From an uncultured Gemmatimonadota bacterium (GTDB lineage: Bacteria; GCA-2686955), in assembly GCA_964490075.1 (NCBI GenBank), contig CAZBBK010000041.1, positions 1 to 48,628 on the forward strand: 48,628 nucleotides of DNA. Direction: 5' to 3'. The notes beneath the pieces were generated by a model, which was not told the DNA's origin, made no database searches, and was given only the letters and a program-made list of their open reading frames with translations. The translations under genes were made by a program, and so were the position numbers. Shown one piece after another: positions 1-8,439 of the stretch (its first letter is position 1; each line of letters starts with the position of its first letter).

Positions 1-2
1 CA

Positions 3-290
3 CCATCCGGAGCGGCACAGGCGGAGTTTGTGCTCGGGGCGATCTGGTACTCGCTCTTTGATCACCAGATCGGTTGGCAAGGCAACGAGAATGGTTTTGT
101 CAAGACCCAGTCTGACACCCAGAACTTCGGCCTCCTGCAAGCCGCGGACGACACACCGCAGCCGATCACGACTCTGGAAACCGTGGTCGATCAGTACCAA
201 CCGCTGCGCGAATCGATGGAGTGCACGAACGAGCACCTGCACAGCCATTTCGATCCGACTCAGGTGGACTGCGAACCGGGAGGGAACTGA
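3..290 (+). CDS. 3' end of a gene entering from outside the window; possibly the C-terminus of a glycoside hydrolase-like TIM barrel
   Basis: Frame is open from base 3 (PSGAAQAEFVLGAIWYSLFD...QNFGLL). The WYxLFD...NFGL pattern recalls the last strand of clan GH-A enzymes. Its TGA (288-290) overlaps the next ATG (290-292). Confidence 0.45.
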   Translation, partial: PSGAAQAEFVLGAIWYSLFDHQIGWQGNENGFVKTQSDTQNFGLLQAADDTPQPITTLETVVDQYQPLRESMECTNEHLHSHFDPTQVDCEPGGN

Positions 291-1624
291 TGCGACGGTT
301 TATACTCCTGATCCCGCTGTTCATCGCATGCGCCACCGCCCAGGCCGACAACCAACGGGGACGCACCATCCACGTTCCGGGCGCGATCGCCACCATCCAG
401 GCGGCGATCGAACTGGCCGCTGAAGGCGACACCGTTCTGGTGGCGGCCGGCACCTACACCGAGAACCTGGTCTTCCAGGGCCGCGACATCGTGCTGCGAG
501 GAGCCGGCGTCGGCGCCACGGTGCTGGATGCCGACCGCAACGGCTCGGGCATCGTGATCGAGTCGGGCGAGAGCCGGGCTTGCGTCGTAGAGCGGATGTC
601 GATCGTTCGTGGGACCGGGACGGTTCGGATCTTCCCGGACCGCTCAGGGTTCATGGGGGGCGGCGGTATCTTCGTCGAGGAGGCGTCGCCGACCCTGCGC
701 CAGCTACGGATAGAACGCTGCAAGCCGGATTGGGAGTATCGGATTGCCTACGGTGGAGGGGTTCATCTGAGGTACTCACAAGCGCGCATCGAGGCAGTGG
801 CGCTTCACGCCGATAGCGCCGGCGGGGGAGGAGGAATCGCCGCCACGATGTGCGAAGGGCTCGAACTGATCGGCCTGACAATCACCGACTGCGAGGGCGG
901 ACTGTATGGTGGTGGAGCTATCTTGGCGGGAGGCTTGGTTGATCCTATCCTCGACTCACTGTCGATTTACAACTGCAGCGGGATGAGCGTGGAGGTGTAC
1001 TTGGGAGGCCAAGGCGGAGCCATCGACATCGATGGCTCAAACGTCAGCATCCGTAACTCCACCTTTGCCGACAATCGCTCAAATGAGGGCGGCGCCATCA
1101 GCTTCGCTTCCGGCGGCCCTTTCCGCGTAGAAAACTGCCTCTTCGTCCGCAACCGTGCCTCATCCTCCGGCGACCGCTACCCCGGCCCGCGCTATGGCGG
1201 TGCCATCCTCGCCTGGCTCGTACCCGATGTGCACGTCACGAACTGTACCTTCGTCGACAACTTCGCCGTGGGCCGCCTGGGGGTCGCCCCGGAGGGCCTC
1301 GCCGTGGCGATGTGGGGCGGCACCTTCGTCAACAACATCGTCACCGACCACAAGTGGTACAGCGCCGTCATCGGCCCCGAGCGCCGCGAGTACAACCTCT
1401 ACTTCCACAACGATCTCGACTTTTACGGCGATCCCGCCGAAGGCGAGATCTTCGCCAACCCAAGCTACCTGCGCCCAGGAAAGGACGACTACCGCCTGCG
1501 CCCCAACTCACCCGCGATCGACGCCGGCGATCCCGCGCGCCTCGATCCAGACGGCTCACGCTCCGATATCGGGGCCTCTCCGGTGTATCGGCCGCGCGAT
1601 CTGCTGCCGGTGACGCGGGAATGA
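290..1624 (+). CDS. Secreted right-handed parallel beta-helix repeat protein (pectin lyase-like/PMP-type repeats)
   Basis: Signal peptide MRRFILLIPLFIACATAQA; N-cap TIHVPGAIATIQAAIELAAEGDTVLVAAGTYTENL; GGAI...F..N repeats; C-cap DYRLRPNSPAIDAGDP...DIGA. Start chosen at the ATG overlapping the upstream stop. Confidence 0.85.
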   Translation: MRRFILLIPLFIACATAQADNQRGRTIHVPGAIATIQAAIELAAEGDTVLVAAGTYTENLVFQGRDIVLRGAGVGATVLDADRNGSGIVIESGESRACVVERMSIVRGTGTVRIFPDRSGFMGGGGIFVEEASPTLRQLRIERCKPDWEYRIAYGGGVHLRYSQARIEAVALHADSAGGGGGIAATMCEGLELIGLTITDCEGGLYGGGAILAGGLVDPILDSLSIYNCSGMSVEVYLGGQGGAIDIDGSNVSIRNSTFADNRSNEGGAISFASGGPFRVENCLFVRNRASSSGDRYPGPRYGGAILAWLVPDVHVTNCTFVDNFAVGRLGVAPEGLAVAMWGGTFVNNIVTDHKWYSAVIGPERREYNLYFHNDLDFYGDPAEGEIFANPSYLRPGKDDYRLRPNSPAIDAGDPARLDPDGSRSDIGASPVYRPRDLLPVTRE

Positions 1625-1663
1625 GACCTGGCTCGCACCGATACACACCCGGCGCACCCGAAC

Positions 1664-1813
1664 TTGACATCTCCCGCACCGAACGGGGTTCAGTTTGACT
1701 TTTCCGGCTCAACGGAGCCTGATTCGGTCCTGAAAGGCGCCCCAGAGGCCCAATTCGGCGGACAATCGGGGCCCAATGTCAAACTGAACCCCGTTCGGTG
1801 CGGGAGATGTCAA
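1664..1813. repeat. Perfect 36-bp inverted repeat with 78-bp spacer (REPIN/MITE-like)
   Basis: 1664-1699 TTGACATCTCCCGCACCGAACGGGGTTCAGTTTGAC is the exact reverse complement of 1778-1813. It is intergenic. Confidence 0.95.
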
Positions 1814-1936
1814 ACTCACGCGCGCTCGGTGCGCCTGGCCGATCTGGGATTGATTCGCCCCCAATTCCCAACGAGCCGCACTCGCCTCTGGGGTAAGATC
1901 CCAGCTTCATCCCAGGACAGACCCCGGAGGTTACTA

Positions 1937-2566
1937 GTGACGAAGCTCTTCCACCCAGCACCGGTGCGATGGATCGTGGGCGCCGCCGCCGTGGTGATTC
2001 TCGCGGTATCGGCCGAGCACCCGATCGCGGCGCAGACGGCGGCCTCTTCGAGTGCCGGCGGTGAGGTCGAGTCGTCCGGCGAATCGAGCGGACGCGCCAA
2101 GGTCTCTCTCACGCCCCTGATCGTGCAAGAGGGCGAGCGCCTGGTCGCCAGCAAGATCATCTGTGCCGGGCAGCCGAGCGAGAAGCGCTTGCAGACGCTG
2201 GCGCGCCAGGGCATCCCGATCCTGAATCTGCGTCTGGCGTCCGAGATGGCGTCGGTCGGCTTCGACGAGGCGCAGGTAGTGAAGAGCGCCGGCGGCTCCT
2301 ACCGGGCGATCAGCCTGAGCGCCGAGAGGCTGGGCGATTCCCAGCTGCAGAAGCAGCTCTTCGACGCCATCGACGAGATCCAGCAGCGGACCGGTGCCAC
2401 CTACGTGCACGGTCGGACCGGCGACATGGTCGGCGCGGCGCTCGCGCTGCACGCGGCCAAGCGCGGCGGCCAGAGTGTCGACGCGGCGTTGAAGCTGGGC
2501 AAGGAGGCTTTGCTGGGCGATTCGGAAGCCCGCGTCAAGGAGCTTCTGGGGGCCTCGACGGAGTAG
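1937..2566 (+). CDS. Exported DUF442/protein-tyrosine-phosphatase-like fold protein with degenerate active site
   Basis: GGAGG RBS before GTG 1937; signal-peptide-like N-terminus; CAGQPSE..L..LA.QG...ILNLR...E motif; P-loop reads HGRTGDM instead of HCxSGxR. Confidence 0.65.
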   Translation: MTKLFHPAPVRWIVGAAAVVILAVSAEHPIAAQTAASSSAGGEVESSGESSGRAKVSLTPLIVQEGERLVASKIICAGQPSEKRLQTLARQGIPILNLRLASEMASVGFDEAQVVKSAGGSYRAISLSAERLGDSQLQKQLFDAIDEIQQRTGATYVHGRTGDMVGAALALHAAKRGGQSVDAALKLGKEALLGDSEARVKELLGASTE

Positions 2567-2578
2567 CCGAGGCCGCGG

Positions 2579-4963
2579 TCAAGGATCGAGCGGCACCAGG
2601 GCGGGCGGCAGCATCACCAGCGGTGCGTGCGGGTTCTCGGTGATCGTCACGATGTAGCTCAGCTCGGGTGAGCTCCGCAAGCGAACGCCGGCCGGCCAGG
2701 GGCGCAGCAGGTCCGGATCGAAGAGGCCCATCTCGGGGAGCTCCAGGATCCGGATCCCCTCCTCAGGGTCGATGCCGGCGGCCGATCTGGCCGCCTCGAT
2801 GGCGGCCCAGAGGCCGCCGATTCGATCGACCAGCCCGCGCTCCACGGCGTCCTCGCCGAGCCACACCCGACCCTGGCCGACCTCGTCGACCGCCTGCGCC
2901 TCCATGCCTCGTCCCTCGGCCACCTTGGCGACGAAGTCGTCGTAGAGTGCGCGGATCGCCCTCTCGATGCGGGCTCGTTCGGTGGGGCGCAGCGGCCGAT
3001 TGGGGATGCGGACGCCCAGCAAGGGCAAGGCCAGCCCGGCGCCGAGATCGGCGTGCTCGCCCTTCTGTACGTGATCGCTCGTCATGCCCAGGTGCTCGCC
3101 CAGCTCCTTGTTCCAGATCCACCCGGCGATCACGCCGATCGATCCGGTGATCGAGTTCGGTGCGGCGAAGATCTGACCCCCGTACATCGAAATCCAGTAG
3201 CCACCCGACGCCGCGACGCTCCCCATGCTGACGATCACCGGCTTGTTCTCCGCGCAGATTCGCAGCGCGTCCGCCACCAGGTCGGAGGCCAGCGCGCTGC
3301 CTCCCGGAGAGTCGGCCCGCAGGATCACCGCGGCGACGCTCTCGTCGTCGGCGATCTCGCCGATCAGCTCCTCGAGCTGGCGCGCCTTGATTCCCGAGTC
3401 CATGGCGCAGAGCCCGAGCGCGTAGACGATGGCGATGGTCGGGTCGTTGCTCCAATCCCGGTCCACCGGCTCGCGGCCTGCCAGCTCGCCGCTCTTCACC
3501 AGCTCCGTCTCGTCGCCCGCGAAGCTCTCGATGACCTCGTCGACCTCGTGCCAGCGGGCGATTTCGTCGACCAGTCCCGCTTCCAGCGCCTGCTCGGGGA
3601 GGAAGATCGTTCGATCGATCCAGCCGTCGAAGGTCGCGGCGTCCACGCCCCTGGATGCACCGACGTCGTCACGAATCAGATCGTAGAAGCCGTCGTTCAG
3701 GACCTGGAGCTGCTCCCGGTCGGCCTCCGAGAAGCGGTCCCGCGAAAAGGTCTCCGCGGCCGACTTGTACGTGAAGAAACGTAGCTCGTCGAAGCCGAGC
3801 CCCAGCTTTTCCAGGGTGCCCTTCAGGTAGGTCTTGCTCAGAGCCTCTCCGGGCAGGAATAGACCGCCGACCGGGTCGAGGACGATATGGTCGGCAACGC
3901 TGGCCAGGTGATACTCCACCATGCCCCCGTTCTCGACGAACACCACGACCTTCTTCTTCGCCGCGCGGACCTCCGCCAGCTTCTGCCGCAGCTCCCAGGC
4001 GATCTCATGGCTCAGGCCGACTCCCGCCAGGCTCAGCACGACTCCGCCGATCTTCGGATCGTCGATCGCCCGGTCGAGCTCGATTAAAGTGCTGGTCAGG
4101 GTAGGGGCATCGTCCAGGATCTTGAAGCGCCGGTAGGCGACGCGGTCGTGGAGCTCCAGCGAGACGTACTCGTCTCCGTCGTGGGCGAGGCGATCGAAGA
4201 GGCCCCCATGCGAGTCACCCCAGCGCACGCCGTAGGTCGGGATCGACGTCGTCGCGCCGCCGCTGCTCTCGCTGGTCAGCAGGTGGCCGAGCAGTCCGGT
4301 CGTCCCGAGGTGGATGCTGAGCCCGACGCTGTAGTCCGAGGACTCCAGATACTTGCCGCTCAGGCGAATCCCGGCGAAGGGCTCGATCGCCGCGCCGACC
4401 CCCCAGGCGAGCTCGTCGTCGGATTCGGTGCGCAGCTCGGCATCGGCGAAGAAGAGCAGACGCGGGTCGCCGAAGGGACGCACGCCCAGGTCGAAGATCC
4501 CGAGCTGGGCGTCGTTGCCGCGACCGATCCGTCCGGCGATCCCGAGAGAGAGGTAGTCGTTGGGGCGTTGCACCGTGCCGAGGCTGAAGTAGCTCTGCCG
4601 CGAGTCGTCAGCTCCTTTCCCCGTGGACCAGCCGTAGCCGAACCCGAAGCCGCCATCGTCGATGGCGATCGACATGTGGTGATCGCGCGGCCCCGCCTCT
4701 ACGCCGGTCACGCCATAGGAGATCCAGTCGGTGCTGGTGAACAGACCCCAGCGAGCCTGCCCGGCGCCCTCGGGTCCCGGCGACCAGAGGTAGCGCAGGT
4801 CGAAGCGGTCGTCGGCCCCGGCCACGGCGGGGTTGAACCAGGCGCCGAGCGCCGACTCGTCGGTGCTGGCGGTGGTGGTCAGAAAGCCCGGGGGGCCGTA
4901 GATGCCGGGGATCTCCTGGGCGTGGGCCGTCAGGACGAGCGTGAGCAGTACGAGAGGGCGCAT
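2579..4963 (-). CDS. sppA: Signal peptide peptidase SppA (protease IV, S49) with N-terminal beta-rich extension
   Basis: Two S49 domains: YKSAAE (Lys), ILRADSPGGS, VSMGSVAASGGY (Ser), TGSIGV, GQGRVWLG, GLVDRIGG. Confidence 0.92.
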   Translation of the reverse strand: MRPLVLLTLVLTAHAQEIPGIYGPPGFLTTTASTDESALGAWFNPAVAGADDRFDLRYLWSPGPEGAGQARWGLFTSTDWISYGVTGVEAGPRDHHMSIAIDDGGFGFGYGWSTGKGADDSRQSYFSLGTVQRPNDYLSLGIAGRIGRGNDAQLGIFDLGVRPFGDPRLLFFADAELRTESDDELAWGVGAAIEPFAGIRLSGKYLESSDYSVGLSIHLGTTGLLGHLLTSESSGGATTSIPTYGVRWGDSHGGLFDRLAHDGDEYVSLELHDRVAYRRFKILDDAPTLTSTLIELDRAIDDPKIGGVVLSLAGVGLSHEIAWELRQKLAEVRAAKKKVVVFVENGGMVEYHLASVADHIVLDPVGGLFLPGEALSKTYLKGTLEKLGLGFDELRFFTYKSAAETFSRDRFSEADREQLQVLNDGFYDLIRDDVGASRGVDAATFDGWIDRTIFLPEQALEAGLVDEIARWHEVDEVIESFAGDETELVKSGELAGREPVDRDWSNDPTIAIVYALGLCAMDSGIKARQLEELIGEIADDESVAAVILRADSPGGSALASDLVADALRICAENKPVIVSMGSVAASGGYWISMYGGQIFAAPNSITGSIGVIAGWIWNKELGEHLGMTSDHVQKGEHADLGAGLALPLLGVRIPNRPLRPTERARIERAIRALYDDFVAKVAEGRGMEAQAVDEVGQGRVWLGEDAVERGLVDRIGGLWAAIEAARSAAGIDPEEGIRILELPEMGLFDPDLLRPWPAGVRLRSSPELSYIVTITENPHAPLVMLPPALVPLDP

Positions 4964-5045
4964 GGGTACTCCTTCGATGTCTCCACTACGGCGAGCGCGC
5001 GGGCGCCGGTTTCATCGCCCCCGGAGGCGACGCGGCGGGCGCGAG

Positions 5046-6017
5046 CTACTTCTTCAGCGTCTCGCGAACACTGTGCAGCTTCTGGCGGGCGTCGGCGACA
5101 TAACCGGAGAGGTTCAGGCGATGGTTGGCCAGCAGTCCATCGGCCGCTCCCTCGGTGACCACCCAGGGCCGCAGCGCCGCGCCGCGGGTGAGCGATGCCA
5201 GCGCCTGGTCCATCAGCTCGATCAGGTTGCGCGACTCCAGCTCCTCGCGGAAGTCGATCTTGATCGCCTCGCCCATGCGGCCCGTCGCGTCCGACACACC
5301 GACCGCGTAGTAGAAGTAGTCGTCGGCGCGGAAGGTCGAGACCGTCGAGCCGTCCGCCTCGTGGCGCCGCACGAGGGTGGAGTGGCAGGAGCCCAGCACG
5401 TCCTTGTAGTAGCCGAGCAGGTCGTAGAGGTTGTTGGATCGGGCCTGGAACAGGGCGCTCTCTTCCGCCAGGCCGCGCCCGTAGTCGCGGATTCCCGCCA
5501 CGCCCTCGCGGTACTTCTTCTCGGCGGAGGGGAGCATGAAGCGCGTCGCATCGTTGAAGAAGGCCGATTCGGCCTTTTCCACGCGGCCGTCGAAGGCGCT
5601 CGAGTCGTCGACTCGCGCGATCCGGGTCTTGAGAATGCGACAGGTCTGGCGCACCACTTCCAGCTTGCCGAGCTGCTTGTTGTTGACGTTGTCGGTCCAC
5701 CAGCCGGGCCCGATCAGGAACAGGTCGTTCGGCCGCCAGCCGAGCCCGGAGCCGAGCTCCTCGTCGATGATGTCGGCCAGAGTCGTCGCGAAGGCGGAGC
5801 CGACCAGGCGGTCGTTCGCCGGAGGTGCGGCCGAGAGCACCATGTCGTCTGCGTCGTCGCCCTCGCCGCGCGCGACCGGGATGACCTCGTCGGTGGTCTG
5901 AGCGGGGGCGCCGGCCCCTGCGCCCTCCTGGCCGGGGAGGGGGGATTCGGCCCGCCAGACGGCGAGCAGGAGGATCAGGACGACGGCGACGGCCGCGACG
6001 CCGAGCAGCTTGTTCAT
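5046..6017 (-). CDS. DUF2333 family membrane-anchored protein
   Basis: N-terminal TM (MNKLLGVAAVAVVLILLLAVW); GWRPNDL..W.DNVNNKQLG, PSAEKKYREG, ADDYFYYAVG and NHRLNLSGY motifs. Start set at ATG 6017. Confidence 0.75.
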   Translation of the reverse strand: MNKLLGVAAVAVVLILLLAVWRAESPLPGQEGAGAGAPAQTTDEVIPVARGEGDDADDMVLSAAPPANDRLVGSAFATTLADIIDEELGSGLGWRPNDLFLIGPGWWTDNVNNKQLGKLEVVRQTCRILKTRIARVDDSSAFDGRVEKAESAFFNDATRFMLPSAEKKYREGVAGIRDYGRGLAEESALFQARSNNLYDLLGYYKDVLGSCHSTLVRRHEADGSTVSTFRADDYFYYAVGVSDATGRMGEAIKIDFREELESRNLIELMDQALASLTRGAALRPWVVTEGAADGLLANHRLNLSGYVADARQKLHSVRETLKK

Positions 6018-6198
6018 GGGGCACCTGGTCTCGGTCCAAAGACGACGAAGGCGGAAGTGTGCGATTCTAACGCGGATCCCGCCTCGCTGGAAATCGCCCG
6101 AGCCCCCATATATATTTGGCCCACCCAGGGATCCCCGGCGCGGGAGCCTGCGACCGGTAGTCTCTCCCCAACCTCTCGACCTCGACTGGAGTCCCACC

Positions 6199-6816
6199 GT
6201 GGCCTCAGGCTTGACCACTTTCATCCGCAAGATCCGCTACGGCGATCCCGTCATCATCGTCTCCGGCTTGCCGCGCTCCGGCACCTCGATGTGCATGAAG
6301 ATGCTCGACGCCGCCGGCATCCCGATCATGCAGGACGGCATCCGCGAGGCCGACGAAGACAACCCGAAGGGCTACTACGAGTACGAACGGGTGAAGGACC
6401 TCGACAAGGGCGGCGACAACTCCTGGGTGATCGATGCGCGCGGGAAGGTCGTCAAGATCATCTCATTTCTGTTGCCGCATCTTCCCCCCGGCAACAACTA
6501 CAAGATCATCTTCATGCGTCGCAATATCGACGAGATCCTTGCTTCCCAGAACAAGATGCTGGTGCGCCGGGGAGAGCCGACCGATACCACCTCCGACGAG
6601 AATATGAAGAAGCTCTATTCCGACCATCTGATCAAGGTGAAATCGATGCTTCGCTACCGTGATGAGATGGACGCGCTCGAGATCCTCTACAACGACGTCC
6701 TGTCGGATCCCCGTCCCGCCGCCGAGCGCATGAACGAGTTCCTCGACGACAAGTACGACGTCGAGCGGATGCTCTCGGTCGTCGACCCGAGTCTCTACCG
6801 CAATCGAGCCCAGTAG
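6199..6816 (+). CDS. Sulfotransferase-family P-loop protein
   Basis: PAPS-binding loop VSGLPRSGTSMCMKML; DEDNPKGYYE; IFMRRNIDEILASQ; C-terminal VDPSLYRNR. GTG start after TGGAG. Confidence 0.85.
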   Translation: MASGLTTFIRKIRYGDPVIIVSGLPRSGTSMCMKMLDAAGIPIMQDGIREADEDNPKGYYEYERVKDLDKGGDNSWVIDARGKVVKIISFLLPHLPPGNNYKIIFMRRNIDEILASQNKMLVRRGEPTDTTSDENMKKLYSDHLIKVKSMLRYRDEMDALEILYNDVLSDPRPAAERMNEFLDDKYDVERMLSVVDPSLYRNRAQ

Positions 6817-6819
6817 CTT

Positions 6820-8358
6820 CTAGGGCATGGGCGCCATGGTGGCGTAGAACGACAGAAAATCGCCGTCGACTCCGTCGTTGATGACCGCCACCGGAGTGAA
6901 CTCGAAGCCGTAGATGGTCGGGACCGCGAAGGCGTCGAGCGTGGTGAAGGCCAGCGGCACGATTTGCTGGAGCAGGAAGGGCAGCACCAGCTCCACCATT
7001 TGGTCGTTCAGGTCGACCAGTGGTTCCTCCTCGATCACGATGGTCGATTGGAAGAGATCCGACATGAAGAGCTTCAGCTTGCCGTCCGGGCGCACGCGCA
7101 CCAGGAAATCCGCGTCGGCGGTGACCGCCACCACCAACGCTTTTTCCCAGGAGCCGTCGATGTCGACATAGAGCGTCATCTCCGTTTCCTGCAGGTACAT
7201 CTCCAGCTGCCCCTGGAAAAACCCGCTGGTCTCGCCGATCTCGACGTAGGGCAGGTCGCGTGGCACCATCACCACTCCGGTGGCGGCATCAGGGGCGATG
7301 GCGTAGAGCTCCGGGAAGAAGAGCTGCAGATCGGTGGTGGTGACCTCCCAGGGAATGCCGTACTTCTCTTCGGAGTTTTCGTCCAAAACGATGCACAAAG
7401 CTCCCGAGTCGTAGCCGACATAAAGGAACTCGTTCAGGGCATCATCGGAGATCGACACCGCGAAGTCGTAGGGATCGTTGGTGCCGGGGACGGTAAATCC
7501 GTAGCTGGGGGCGGGGCTTGGCGTGTAGCCGAACTCGTCGATCCGCGGGCCGCAGGGTGCGGTGGTCGAGTAGATCCGGCCTTCCTCCACCATCGTCACG
7601 CCCGAGTTGTTCTCGTCGACGGCCTCGGGGCGCAGCGACATCCCGAAAGGTATGTCGAAGACATTGAAGCCCTCGTCGATCTCCAGCTGCAAGAAGAAGT
7701 CGTCGAGCGATTCAGGCACGTCGATCCACAGGAAGTCCTCGATCGTGCCCTCCAGTGCCTCCTCGAGTGTGTCTTGGAGGATGTCCGCGATGATGTCGAT
7801 GATGAAGCACCAGAATTCGGTGTCGTACTGATATCCCTCGACGTCGGCGTTGACCCAGTTCATGGTCGTCTTCGAGTGCCCCCCGACCACGTCGATCGCT
7901 CCCTGGCCCTCGACGAAGGCGCGATCGATGTCGATCACCGACACGCAGTCGTAGTAGTCCAGGCACAGCGAGCCGCGCCCTTCCAGCAAGAACTGCATGC
8001 GGAGATTGGTGACTTCGAAGCTGGCGTAGATGGCGTTGGTGCGGCTGTCGATCCAGAGGCTCGGCGGATCGAAGGTGACCCAGTCGACGTGGTCGATGCG
8101 GGCCGTGTAGCTGAACATGCAGCCTTCGTTGTAGACCTCTACGTCCTGCATCGACAGCAGCGACTCTTCGAGCTCCTCGGCCAGCACCTCCTCGAGCTCG
8201 TCGCCGGCCATCTGGAAGGCGGAGTCCTGGACCCGGGCGATGACGCCGGAGGGCACCCAGGCACCGCGCGGCAGGGTGTCGGCCGGGGCGAGAGCCGGCG
8301 CCGCGAGGAGCGCCAGGAGGAAGGGCAAGGGGGCGAAGTGGCGGCTCGAAACGCGCAT
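6820..8358 (-). CDS. Secreted acidic protein resembling the LBP/BPI/CETP (TULIP) lipid-binding fold
   Basis: Signal peptide; about 510 aa in two halves; GVIARVQDSAFQMA near the N-terminus and FAVSISDDALNEFLYVGYDSG in the second half resemble BPI N- and C-domain motifs. Confidence 0.55.
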   Translation of the reverse strand: MRVSSRHFAPLPFLLALLAAPALAPADTLPRGAWVPSGVIARVQDSAFQMAGDELEEVLAEELEESLLSMQDVEVYNEGCMFSYTARIDHVDWVTFDPPSLWIDSRTNAIYASFEVTNLRMQFLLEGRGSLCLDYYDCVSVIDIDRAFVEGQGAIDVVGGHSKTTMNWVNADVEGYQYDTEFWCFIIDIIADILQDTLEEALEGTIEDFLWIDVPESLDDFFLQLEIDEGFNVFDIPFGMSLRPEAVDENNSGVTMVEEGRIYSTTAPCGPRIDEFGYTPSPAPSYGFTVPGTNDPYDFAVSISDDALNEFLYVGYDSGALCIVLDENSEEKYGIPWEVTTTDLQLFFPELYAIAPDAATGVVMVPRDLPYVEIGETSGFFQGQLEMYLQETEMTLYVDIDGSWEKALVVAVTADADFLVRVRPDGKLKLFMSDLFQSTIVIEEEPLVDLNDQMVELVLPFLLQQIVPLAFTTLDAFAVPTIYGFEFTPVAVINDGVDGDFLSFYATMAPMP

Positions 8359-8439
8359 GGGAGCACTCCGGGATGAGGGGCTGGAGGGGCGGGCCAAGCC
8401 TCTATTATAAGCGTGCTTCGCAGTCCCAAAGGAGATCTC

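Noticed and set aside
1664-1700. Sigma70 promoter from the TTGACA at the arm end
   Set aside because: No credible -10 hexamer 16-18 bp downstream.
1664-1813. CRISPR array (36-bp repeat length)
   Set aside because: Only two copies, inverted rather than direct, with a 78-bp spacer and no cas genes.
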